Of a stretch of 64,000 nucleotides of DNA, positions 35,935 to 46,600 are shown piece by piece. A program made the translations under genes and the position numbers. The stretch is from Hyaloraphidium curvatum SAG 235-1 (taxonomy: Eukaryota; Fungi; Monoblepharomycota), in contig JAIVFI010000019.1 in NCBI GenBank assembly GCA_025558095.1, forward strand, positions 62,001-126,000, written 5' to 3'. The notes below the pieces were generated by a model. It worked only from the letters and a program-made list of their open reading frames with translations, did not search any database and was not told where the DNA came from. The first letter of the stretch is position 1, and each line of letters begins with the position of its first letter.

Positions 35935-37239
35935 ATGGCCGCAAACGGGACGGCCGCGGTCCCGCTTCTCTCCGTTTCGCCGACGGTGCTGTCACAGGAA
36001 CGCCTCGATGCCCTCATGGCCGCGTTCCGCGAGACGTACCCCAAGCACACCGACAAGCCGTTCGTCTTCTCTGCTGCGGGGCGCACCGAGATTAGCGGGA
36101 ACCACACGGACCACCAGAACGGCCGCGTCGTCGCCGCCGGAATCGACCTCTCCGCAGCAATGGCCTGCGTGCCCAGCGGCACCTCCGTCTTCAAGCTCGT
36201 CTCCAAGGGCTGGGACCCCGTGGTCGTGGACCTCGCGTCCCTGGACCCCGTCAAGTCGGAGGAAGGCACCACCGCGTCCCTGATCCGCGGCGTGGCACAG
36301 GGGCTGTCCAAGAAGGGCTACAAGATCGCGGGCCTGGATGCCGTTGCTAGCTCCACGGTGCTTCCTGGCTCCGGCCTCTCTTCTTCGGCAGCTTTCGAGG
36401 TTCTCATCACCTACGCGCTCATGGGGACCCTGAACGACCCCCTGCCGGCGGGCGCCGAGCCGCTCAACCCCAGCGACGTCGCCATCATCTCCCAATGGGC
36501 CGAGAACGTGCACTTTGGCAAACCCTGCGGCCTCATGGATCAGATGGCCTCGGCGCACGGCTCGGTCGTCGCCATCGACTTCGGGACCAAGCCTCCCAAG
36601 GTCGAGAAGCTGCCCTTTGACCTCGCCTCGACCGGCTACGTTCTTGTCATCGTCAACAGCGGCGGCTCGCATGCCGACCTCACCCCCGAGTACTCGGCGA
36701 TCCGGTCCGAGATGAACTCGGTCGCCAAGTGGGTCTCGGGCGGTCGCACGGAGCTCCTCGGCGAATGCAACGCCGACGAATTCCTGGGCATGGTGCGCAA
36801 GCTCCGCGAGTCGGGTGTTTCCGACAGGGCCATTCTCCGCGCTTTGCACTTTTTCGAGGAGTGCGGCCGCGTGGACAAAATCGCGGAGCTGCTTCGCACC
36901 AAGCCCCTGGACATGCCCGCCTTCCTCGATACGGTGCTCTCCTCGGGCAGATCCTCTGCCATGTACCTGCAAAACCTGCACGCCGAGTCGCACCCCGAGG
37001 AGCAGCCCGTCGGGCTTGCACTGGCGATGACGGAGCAGTTCCTGTCGGCCAGGAAGGTGCCCGGCAAGCACCCCGGCGCGTACAGGGTTCACGGAGGCGG
37101 GTTCGCGGGCACGATCCAGGCTTACATTCCCAAGGACATCCTGCCCGAGTACATCGAAATGATCGAGGGGTATCTTGGCAAGGGGAAAGTGATGCAGATC
37201 GCTATCAGGGCCGAGTCTTCGGGGCGGGTCATGTACTAG
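35935..37239 (+). CDS. galK: Galactokinase (GHMP), bacterial-type, intronless
   Basis: AAGRTEISGNHTDHQNG, LPGSGLSSSAAFE, GKPCGLMDQMAS, RVHGGGFAGTIQA. Confidence 0.92.
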   Translation: MAANGTAAVPLLSVSPTVLSQERLDALMAAFRETYPKHTDKPFVFSAAGRTEISGNHTDHQNGRVVAAGIDLSAAMACVPSGTSVFKLVSKGWDPVVVDLASLDPVKSEEGTTASLIRGVAQGLSKKGYKIAGLDAVASSTVLPGSGLSSSAAFEVLITYALMGTLNDPLPAGAEPLNPSDVAIISQWAENVHFGKPCGLMDQMASAHGSVVAIDFGTKPPKVEKLPFDLASTGYVLVIVNSGGSHADLTPEYSAIRSEMNSVAKWVSGGRTELLGECNADEFLGMVRKLRESGVSDRAILRALHFFEECGRVDKIAELLRTKPLDMPAFLDTVLSSGRSSAMYLQNLHAESHPEEQPVGLALAMTEQFLSARKVPGKHPGAYRVHGGGFAGTIQAYIPKDILPEYIEMIEGYLGKGKVMQIAIRAESSGRVMY

Positions 37240-37372
37240 CTGAGCTTTGTCGGGCTGAGTCGGAGAAAAAGGGGCACTTGTATATCCCATAAGAAAGGGA
37301 TGAGGAAGAAATCGAGGTTCATCGCAGTTTCTCCGTGGACATCGACACGTCAGCTTTTGACAAACCGCGCCA

Positions 37373-39626
37373 ATGACTGCCCCTGAAGCGCAACCACCGA
37401 GCTTGCGACCAGTCAATGTCCTTCCTCTCCCCGTCCTGCAGCGGATACTGAGGTGCAGCGCGTTCTTTAGCCCTGGACTCCGGCAACGTGACTCAACGAG
37501 ATGCTTCCGCCAGCTTCCTTGCCTCTGCGACCAGCGCAACCCTGGGCTCACATTCCCGGCTCAGCGAAGATTGTTGCCTTCTCCGTGCTTCCGCCTCCGC
37601 CCTTCTGGGGGCTGCGCAGGTCAATTCGGCTTGGGCGGGCGCCTCTCTCCCAGAACTGTGGCGATGTCGCCGAATCGTCGGGCTCGACCAGCTCGCTTCC
37701 CTCCATAGGCTCATTGTGCCCCATCCGTCCGTACCGAGACGGACGCGGGAACGGATTGAGCTCTGTCGCTCCTCTCTGCGGCACCTCGATTTTCCTACCG
37801 TTCCCGAAAGCGCCCGGGTGGAGCCCCACGACTTCAACAAGGAAGGATTGCGCACCATTACCCTCCTCGCCGCTGTGCTTTCGGTCTGCACTTTGCTGTC
37901 GTCTGTGTCGGTGTCCGACCGCGGCTGGCGCCTCGGAAACGGAACGATTGCGGGCCATGATCTCGTCTTGGATTCGATCCCGGGAAAGGTCGAGGCTGTT
38001 CGACTGGAAGGCGTCGAGTTTTCCGCAGAGGCCTCGCGAAACTTGCTGGATCAGCTCCCCAGGTTGCGGGAGCTCGCGCTCAAGGAGTTTGATTCGCCGT
38101 TTAGCAACAGCGATCACCTGAGTCCGCTCGCTGATGCCGTTCCTGAGGCTTTGACTTGCCTGGATTTGGATCTTGCCAACGATGGCGTCGGGGTTGGAAT
38201 CTCAGACCCCGAATTTGCCCTGCTCTTTCGGCGGCTTCGCGGCCTGCGCGAGCTGAAGCTCGTGCGGTGCCACGATCTCTCAACCAGCGTTCTGCGGACC
38301 GGACTTCGGAACTTCAAGAAGCTGGAGGTGCTTCACCTTGTTGTGGCGAGCCGCCATCAGGCGCACCCCGAGCCGCCACCGGGCTGCGAGCTAAAGCTTG
38401 CTGCGGATCCGCGCGCACCGCCGCCTCGCGTCGTCGTCAAATCGGCCATGGTGCAGGTGCCGAACACGTACTTGACGGGGATCGCGGAGACTTCGGACCT
38501 GCGACCGTAGGCAGACACGAGCGTGAGCTGATCGCCTCCAGACGCCCGGCACGGACCCACTTCTCGGGCGAGTGGTCGGCCTTGGCGCACCACCCCGGCC
38601 GGGCTGTGTCGAAAAACAGCGGGCGCGAGGGGCAGAACTGCACGTTGGGATGCCGAGGATGGCGAGGAGCATACCGACGTTGGGGGGAACGGGGTGACCG
38701 GCCTGCCCCTGCTCGGGAGCGTCGCCCTTGTCCGAACCGTCCTCGCCATGCTCCTCCTCTTCACCCTCCTCCGAGATGTACTCGAGCGGGGGGAGGTCAT
38801 CGTACTCCTCCTCCTCGCGCTCCTCGTCGGCCCGGCCCCTTGCACGTCGAACCTGTCGCTCGGGCGTGTTAAGGTACCGCGGTCCCGGCATGCCGAACGC
38901 CCTCCCGCCCCTCAGCCGTGTTGCCGCCGCCGTCCCCCTTCATGTCCGCCATTTTGCTGTCCGCCGCCGTCGACCGTGGCTGCGGTCGAGGGGCGCCGAG
39001 GGGTGCAGCGCGTGAGGGAGGTCCGACGGGGAGCGGCGCCGGGTTGCCCCCACCGCGCCTCGTCCCGCCGCCGCGCCGCGCCGCCGCCGCACAGGAACGC
39101 GCCCGCCGTCACCGCGGTGGTGTCCTCCGGCCCAGGGAGCCGTTCCGGTGGACGTGGGAGCCGGTTTGGGCGAGGGGGTGTTGGGCGCGCGCTCCGCCCG
39201 GGGTCTGGCCCCCACCGGCCCGGAAGCCCCCCGGCAGGGGATCTCACTACCCATGCATTTCCCAGCGGGTTTTATTGCATGAAAAGCATGCTTCTGCATC
39301 TCAACGTCCGAATCCCGCGCGCCGCCGGCGGGCGTTCACGGGGGAAAGAACTGCCCGCGAAAAGTTATTGTAGCCTGCTGCTCGTTGACCTTGCGCTCCG
39401 ATCATCGGCTCTTGCGCCGGCCGTCCTCCGCGACGCGATCCCCTCTTTCCAGGGCAACCTCGTGCGCTTGGACTTCTCTGGTTCGTTGCTTTCAAGGGGG
39501 GTGCTGGAAGCCATCGGTTCTTCTTTTCCAGATCTGCAAAGGGTTCAGTTGGAGGGATGTTCAGGCTGCTCTCAAGGGGAGATTGCCGATCTGTGCCGCA
39601 GGTTGGAGAGCAACCTGGGGAAATGA
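37373..39626 (+). CDS. F-box/LRR-like protein, probably interrupted (possible pseudogene)
   Basis: F-box-like LPLPVLQRIL|SFL (intron 37451-37513). LRR-like LRELALK, LTCLDLD, LRELKLVRC, LEVLHL, and distal LVRLDFSG, LQRVQLEGC (39254-39626). The middle ~38540-39250 does not read as LRR. Confidence 0.55.
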
Positions 39627-39836
39627 AACAGAGGTAGATGCTTCGCGTTGTTGAATCCTGAGTATGCTCCCGTCCGCGGAGGCTTTAGGTTGCCGCGTTG
39701 GTCTTGCCACGGCCTGCGGAGTGCGGCCCGCGGCGCCACGGTCACGTCGACAAAGCTCAGCGACACAGCACCGTTCTTCGGAGCCAATCCCGCGCGGGGG
39801 CGTTGCTGCCCTTGCTCTCGTTGCCGTCCCGCCCGA

Positions 39837-40916
39837 ATGGCACCGCTGGTCGGCGCCGGCGCGGCGCCGGACGCGTCGGAACTCGGAGCAGCGCTGCTCG
39901 CCGGCGCGACCCAACTGCACAACTTGGCGGCGCGCCAGGTCCCAACTGATCCCGGATCCTCAATTACTTATCAATGGACTCATCTCACGGATGCGACAAA
40001 GTGGGTTTTGCGGCCGAGGACGCTCTGCAGGGCAGGTGCTGACGCTCCGACACGGCATTTCCTTCTTGGACGTGAAATCGGACCGTACTCGGGCAGATAC
40101 ACCCTCTACTTTCTCGCCGGCTTTTTTGTCGCGATCCTTATCCTGTGGCCGATTCCGTACCTGAACTTGGTCCTGTATCCCTTCAAGCTCGTGACCATCT
40201 CGTTCCACGAGTTTGGGCACGCGTCGGCAGCGTGGCTCACGGGCGGGAGGGTGACAGGGATCACCGTGGAGCCGAATCTTGGCGGCAAGACAGAGTACCG
40301 GGGAGGCGTGCAGGCCATCATCCTCCCGGCCGGCTACATCGGCTCCTGCTTCTGGTGGGCACACTTGCTTGCTCGAGCCGGAAGTCTTCCAACAATGACC
40401 GACCGTAGGGGCTCGATAATGGTCTTTGCGGCGTTCGACGCCCTCGCGACGAGGATCGTGTCTCTCATCATTTGCGTCCTCCTCCTGATTGTCATCGTCG
40501 TCGCCAAGAACTGGCTTCCGCGGCTCCTGAACGCCTTCTTCATCGCCGTCATCTGCGTCCTCTGGTGGCTCTCGACGACGCAGTATGATCCCAACGGCTA
40601 CGGCCTGCGCGCCGTGACGCTCTGGTTCGGCGTCATGTCGAGCATGTACGCGCTCTGGGACATCATCGAGGACCTGGTGACGCGGAGGGTCAACGCCAGC
40701 GACGCGACGCAGTTTGCCAAGATGTGCGGCAAGTCGTGCGCGGCGACGGCGCAATGCTGGGGCGTCATGTGGGTTTCCCCTGCCCGGCGGGAGGGACGGA
40801 CGGCTGATCCCAGATCCCGCGAACGCAGATGGTTCATGATCTCGCTCGCCTTTCTCGGCCTCGCAATTTTCGGCGGGGTTACCGCCTTCAATCGCGCGCC
40901 GTACCCACCCATATAG
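39837..40916 (+). CDS. Peptidase M50B-like intramembrane metalloprotease, 4 exons
   Basis: FHEFGHA, GG..TGITVEPNLGG, PAGYIGS, YALWDIIEDL, SDATQFA; introns 40001-40096, 40355-40408, 40769-40828. Confidence 0.9.
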   Translation: MAPLVGAGAAPDASELGAALLAGATQLHNLAARQVPTDPGSSITYQWTHLTDATKWVLRPRTLCRAGADAPTRHFLLGREIGPYSGRYTLYFLAGFFVAILILWPIPYLNLVLYPFKLVTISFHEFGHASAAWLTGGRVTGITVEPNLGGKTEYRGGVQAIILPAGYIGSCFWWAHLLARAGSLPTMTDRRGSIMVFAAFDALATRIVSLIICVLLLIVIVVAKNWLPRLLNAFFIAVICVLWWLSTTQYDPNGYGLRAVTLWFGVMSSMYALWDIIEDLVTRRVNASDATQFAKMCGKSCAATAQCWGVMWVSPARREGRTADPRSRERRWFMISLAFLGLAIFGGVTAFNRAPYPPI

Positions 40917-41360
40917 CCGTTTGGCGAGGTGGTCGGCTTGTTGTTGGGGCATAGTCGCGCGAGGAGGCGCCTTGCTTGGGCAAGGTGTATTCGGGATGTG
41001 GTTCCCGCAGGGACTCAATTTATGTAATGATGTTAATGGTACGGTATGGTGGCAAGAGAGAAAGCGAGTCCGACATTTCCTTGTTTGGGTATTCGGTGAC
41101 GTCGGAGCGATCCCGCGCGAAGGGCGGATGAATGCGGTCTCGCTTCACTCACCCAATTGCGCGCAGGCGTGCATTTTCTGCCTCGGCTCGCACCGCAATA
41201 TCTCGCTAGCTACTTTCTCGCTGGTAGAAGGTCGGTGGCCCGCGACTTTGCTGGGTGCTGATCCGACCGGAGAAGCCTCCGCAGTGCAGGCGCTGGGGCT
41301 GTGCCCTGTGCCCGCCGGATTCACCCGCAGGCAACCGCACCCAGCATCCGCATCTGCAGC

Positions 41361-41368
41361 TATAAAAA
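41361..41368 (+). promoter_or_regulatory. TATA-like box upstream of the tetraspanin-like gene
   Basis: TATAAAAA about 97 nt before the ATG at 41458, in GC-rich context. Confidence 0.45.
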
Positions 41369-41457
41369 GACGGCACCCGCCCTTCCCTTCGACACCAGAG
41401 CGACAAAGGCACCCACCTCGGAAACACCAGAGCAACAGACTCAACCGACAGACAACG

Positions 41458-42116
41458 ATGGGCACCTCCCACTGCGGCCGCTTCACCCTCTTCGTCCTCA
41501 ACTCCCTGGTCCTCGTGGCCTCGGTCGTCGCCCTCGGCATGGGCATCTACTCACTCCTCCGGTACCCGGCACCGCCGCCGCTGCAGCTGGCCACGTTCGC
41601 GAGCCTGGTCGCGGCGGGCGGCTCGGGGCTGCTCACGTCCGGTGAGTTCGACTTGGTCCGCGGACGGCGAACCTCAAGCTCACCACTTCCGCCAATCAAG
41701 CAATGGGCTTTGCCTGCACCTGCCTCGGCGGCCGCACCCCGTTCGCCATCTACCGCCTCCTCGCGGGCCTCGCCATGCTCCTCTCGGCGGTCGCCGCGGG
41801 CCTGGCTACCTACAATTACGTTAAGTATCAGGGCCCCTCCGAGGACTTCTTGCTGCAAGTCTGGAACGACATGGGTGCCCTTCGGAACTCTTTCCAGAGC
41901 ACCTTCGGCTGCACGGGCTTCGAAGGCTGCCTGCCGCAGCTCGAGGCCATCGCCCGCGCGACGTCGCTGGGGTGCATGGCCGCGGGCTGGGCGACCTTCG
42001 GACTGCTGGTGCTGGCCATGGTCATCGCGTTCGCGGTGCCGGAGGAGGAGGAGGAGCGCAACGCGGTGGCGCCGGCGGGCAACGTCGTCGTGATCCAGGG
42101 CAAGTCGTCGGCGTAG
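41458..42116 (+). CDS. Tetraspanin-like 4-TM protein, 2 exons
   Basis: LFVLNSL..LGMGIY, MGFACTC, large loop with W..FQSTFGCTGFEGC, fourth TM; intron ~41642-41700. Confidence 0.6.
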
Positions 42117-42238
42117 TGCGGAAACCACGAACTGTATCTTCGCAATCACGAAATTGTACACGGAGGTATCAACCACGAGAGAGAGCTCCATCCGAACCGT
42201 CAAGTCCGAGTGCCGGTTGAGCCGTCGCATGAGCGCCA

Positions 42239-43018
42239 TCAGCAGCCCGCCCCGGGGGCGTCGTAGAGCAGCGAGTCTTTCTCCCGCAGCGGGCAGTATG
42301 GCCCGCAGGAGTCCTGATTCAGGTCGTAGTAGACCAACATAACCTGATGAAACCAAAAATGAATGGCTGAAGGGGGAAGAAGAAGCGGCGCAACGCACCC
42401 AGTCCGCGCCCTTGATCCAGTTGAGGTCAATCTTGAACCAGTTCGGGTTCTGAGGCGGGTTGGGGATGTGGTCGCGCGATCTCCAGTTGCAGCCCGTTCC
42501 CATGTCGTTGGCCTCGCAAAAGATATTGCCCCATTCTAGCGCGAAGGAGGGTGAGCGAGGCCGAGACCGGCGCAAGGCGAGGAAGACTGACCATCCTTCT
42601 GAACCCAGAGCACCTCCGAGCACCAAGAGGTTGGCATGGTCGACCAAATGCCCTGGTAGGGGGCAACCCAGGGAGCAGTCGGCTTCCGCGGCGGGGGCGG
42701 AGGCGGTGGGGGCGGCGCCGGAGCGGCGTTCTTCGCGAGGGTGGGCGTCTTCTTGGCTGGCTGCTTCTTGGCGGGCTGCTTCTTGGCAGGCTGCTTCTTG
42801 GCGGCTGCCTTGGCGGTTGCCTTGGCCGCCTTCGCCGTCTTGGTGCCCGCGAGCTGCCTCCGCTCGAGCCCGCCGAGTCCGCTCATCACGCCGACGTTGG
42901 CGAGGCCGTCGGGCGCGGGGCGATTGCCTGCCAGCATGGCGCCGCCGGGGATCACGGCGGCGTTGACGGCGGCGACGAGAGCGGCGGCGACGGAGCCGAG
43001 GAGGGCGAGGGCGCGCAT
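42239..43018 (-). CDS. Secreted protein with AKKQP repeats, poly-Pro and a Cys/Trp-rich C-terminal domain, 3 exons
   Basis: Signal peptide MRALALLGSVAAALVAAVNA, ERRQ, (AKKQP)x3, poly-Pro, then WCSEVLWVQKD|EWGNIFCE..GCNW..|..SCGPYCP..GC stop. Confidence 0.7.
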
Positions 43019-43298
43019 CGCGGCGGCGGGCGGCGGAATCGCGGCGGCGGTCGACGGGGCTGCTGTTGCGAGATCATGGCCGGAACAGCGCGCTTTTATG
43101 GCGGGGAGTTGGGGGTCCGGGGGACAGGGGACGCGATGCACAGCAGGGGACTTCCGGTGGGCCCTTTGGCTGTTTGACAGCCAGCCGGGGTTCCGGGGTT
43201 CCGCCGCAGAGCAACAAACGCACCGCGAGCAAGCGGAAGGAAAAGGGCCCATAGGGGCCTGCCAAAAGGGGAAAAAAGCACCAAAGCTTGCTGCGGCT

Positions 43299-43349
43299 GG
43301 GGCTCGGGAGGCTCCGGGGCTCGGGAGGCTCCGGGGCTCGGGAGGCTCC
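43299..43349. repeat. 17-bp tandem repeat (ggggctcgggaggctcc) x3
   Basis: Visible directly; intergenic, upstream of the 43018 gene. Confidence 0.8.
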
Positions 43350-43699
43350 GAGGCCGTGCCGTTGTGCCGCGGCGCGGAACCCAGCAGAGTCGCGGCGGCA
43401 AACCTCCCGCACCGCGGGCGACGGGCTGCAGGCAGGCCGGAACACCTCGCAAGTGCGCATGCAACTCTCCCCACTCGGTTGCCGGTAGCCATGGTCGCGA
43501 TGCGCTCGGATCGGCTCGGCGCCGGGAAGCAGTCAACCGGGCGTTGTAGGGCCACCTTCTCCCCGCTCATGTCTCGCGCACACGAAATGAAGCCCGAACC
43601 CCGACGATCTCTTCCGTGCTACATGATGCCCATCTGCCAGAGTACATTCCCAGGCCGCCTCCCGCGGCTCGTTCCCCCTCCCGTGCCCCGTCGCAGCAA

Positions 43700-46600
43700 T
43701 CACCCCTTCCTCCCCGCCATGAACGCCGACCTGCCCCCCATCCTCGCGTACTCGGTCACGTCCACCACCTCGGTCCGGAACGTCCGCTTCTCCTTGCCTT
43801 CCTCGGGCGGCGCCGCCGCGGGCGGGCCGAACAGGTTGCGCCGCCGCGCGGATGCCCAGTCCCCCGAATCGTCCCACGACCCCTGCTCGCGCAGCTTGCG
43901 CACGTAGAAATCCTCGTACAGCCCCGCGTTAGGGGACCCGCTGGGTAGCGGCCCGTTCAGGCTCGGTCGGCGCGGGGGGGACGGGTTGCCGCTCCGCGCG
44001 CCGCGCGGCAGGGCGTCGCCGACCGTGTTGGCCGACAGGTCCGCCTGCGAGGTCGGCACGCTCGAGTACGACCCCGAGTTGGAGGCGAACCACCCGCCCG
44101 GCCGGTCGGCGGCAGGCAGGTGCGTCTCGAAGGTGAAGTCCGCGAAGAAGGGCGACGGCCCCGCGCTGCGCCGCGACGGCGACGCCGGGCTCTCGGGCTC
44201 CCGCGTGGGGCTCGTTGCGGGGAGCGCCTCGGTGGCGGGGAGCAGCGAGGTGTCGAAAAAGATGGAGGTGTACACCGGCCCGGGCTTGTCCCCGTCCTTG
44301 CGCTCCGGCGGGGGCGGCGGCGCGGGTTTTGGCTCGGGCGTCCCCGAACCGGCCGGCGGCACGAACCCCGGGCCCCACAGCGGGCCCGTGAGGAAGTTGG
44401 AGTGCGGCCAGAACCCCTTTGCGGGCGAGTCCATGGGGGTCTCGACGGTCGCGCCGGGCTGGGTGAGCCACAGGGGGGTGATGGTGCCCGGCTGCAGCCA
44501 CGCGGCCGAGGGGAAGACGGCCGAGCCGGGACCGCGCGACGTGACGGGGCCGGGGGCGGTCGAGTTGGGCTCGTGCCCGGGGACGCCGACGCCGCTCCCG
44601 AGGAGGTCGGGCGCGCGGGTGAGCTCGACCTCGTAGTTCTGTGGGCCGACAACGAATGTGATCAGCAGATGATCCGCGATCCCGCACCGGGTCCACCCAC
44701 CATCCCCCAGTTGTTGTCCCACCACTCGCCGCAGTTCTCGGCCACGTACCGCACCGCGAAGATCATCGTCAGCCGCACCAGCTTGCCCGAGCTCTCGCGG
44801 TCGCGCTCGTAGATGCGCCGGAAGGTCTCGCCGATGTCGAGGTGGAACCCGAACCGGTCGATGCCGTAGGAGGATTCGAGGGGGGAGAGGTAGTGGCACG
44901 TGAGGTCGTCGTACGACTGTGGGAACACGTCGACCAGAAGCGTTAGCCGACATGGGCCGCAAACGCCCGCCGCGCGGACCCACCTGCCAGAAATCCAGCG
45001 TGTACCTTACCGACACCCTCTTCCCGAAGCTCAGGTTCCTGACGTGCACCTCCCCGAACATGATCCCCTCGTCCATCCTCCTCAGGCTCCGCAGCACCAC
45101 CATGTGGTCCGGATGCGTGAGCTCCCCCTGCTCGGGCACGTGCTCGCTCCGCATCACCAGGTCGTACCGGAACCGCGTCTGCACGAATCCGGCGGGCAGC
45201 GAGTCGCTGTCGGGGGCAGTGTACCGCGGCGCGGCGATGACGGCGTAGGGCACGTCGTGCTTCTCGAACAGCACGACGGAGCGGAGCGAGGTGTCCGAGA
45301 ACCGGAGGCTCTTCTTGTAGTGCGACGAGTGCCTGCTCGACCGCAGCGCCGGGCGGACGAGCTTGCCGCTGCGCAGGGTGGGCAGGTGGTCGAACAGCCC
45401 GGCGTTGGGGTGCGGGCTCTGCAGGTTCAGCAGGCCCCTCTTCCCTTGCAGGAGGGAAGGCGCCGACGCCGAATGGGGGAGGTACCTACCCCCCCCGATC
45501 CTCACGTCGAACGTCGTCACCTCCTCGTCGAACCACCCGTCCTCGCTCCCCGACGCCGAGCTCCCGGAGCTCCCCCCCGCGCTCGTCGCCCTCCCACCCA
45601 GCTCCAACGACCCGCGGCGGTGCCTCGCCCCCGCCACGTCGCCCGACGAGCTGTACCCCGCCTGCCCCGCAAACGTATCGCTCGGCTTCTCCCTCGGCGA
45701 ACCAATCACCCCGCCCTGCGAATCCTTGAACCGCTCGTCGCTGAGCCGCTTGCTGCTCGTCACCCTCTTGAGCCCCCCCTGGTTCGCGGCGTGCTGCGCC
45801 CCCGGCACCCGCGACGGCAGCGACAGGTCCAGCCCGCGGATCCCCATCCCCGCGCCGTCCCCGCCGAACGACACGGGGCTCGCGCCGACGCTCACGCCGA
45901 ACATCGGCCTGCCCTGCGGGAGCTCGTCGTCCTCGCTCTGCGTGTCCGAGGTCGAGTCCGAGGGGGGCAGCGAGAAGGGGGAGCCGATCCCGCGGCCGCC
46001 GCGGGGATCGTCGACCTCGGCTTCGGAATCGGTGTCCGAGTCCGAGTGCAGGTGGAACGAGTCGCGCGGGGAGAGCCGGGGGGCGGGGGACAGCGGCGGC
46101 GCGGGCCCCGAGGGCGGCGAGGGCGTCCTGTCGTCGGGCTTGCCGGCGGGCGGCTTGGCGACCTTGGGTGCTGGCTTCTTCTTGGCCAGGATCCGGAACA
46201 GCTCCTTGGCCGCCTCGGGCTCCGCCGCGTCCCCGGCCGCGGGGGGCGCGGCGAACGACGGCGGGCGCGCGGCGAGCGCCACGGGCTTGGGCGCCGCGGC
46301 GACGGGCACCGGCTTGCCGATCGCCCCGTCGCCGATCGAGATGGGCCTGGGGACGATGCCCGACTGCTGCGCGGGCGGGGGCGGCTGCACCGCCGAAACG
46401 ACCGCCGCGACGACCGATATCGCCTTTGGCGTGATCCCGCTCGGCCGTTCCTCCGCCTCCTCCTCCCGCGGTGCTGGTTCCGGTGCGGGGAGGGGCACGT
46501 CGCATTCCGCGACCTCGACCTCCTCCCCCGCGTCCAGGGTGGCTTCGGAGCCGTCGGACCCGCCCGCGGGCGGGGTGGCGCTCGAAGGGGTCGGGGAGGC

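Noticed and set aside
6935-43349. Short tandem repeats as CRISPR arrays
   Set aside because: No unique spacers, no cas genes, eukaryotic context.
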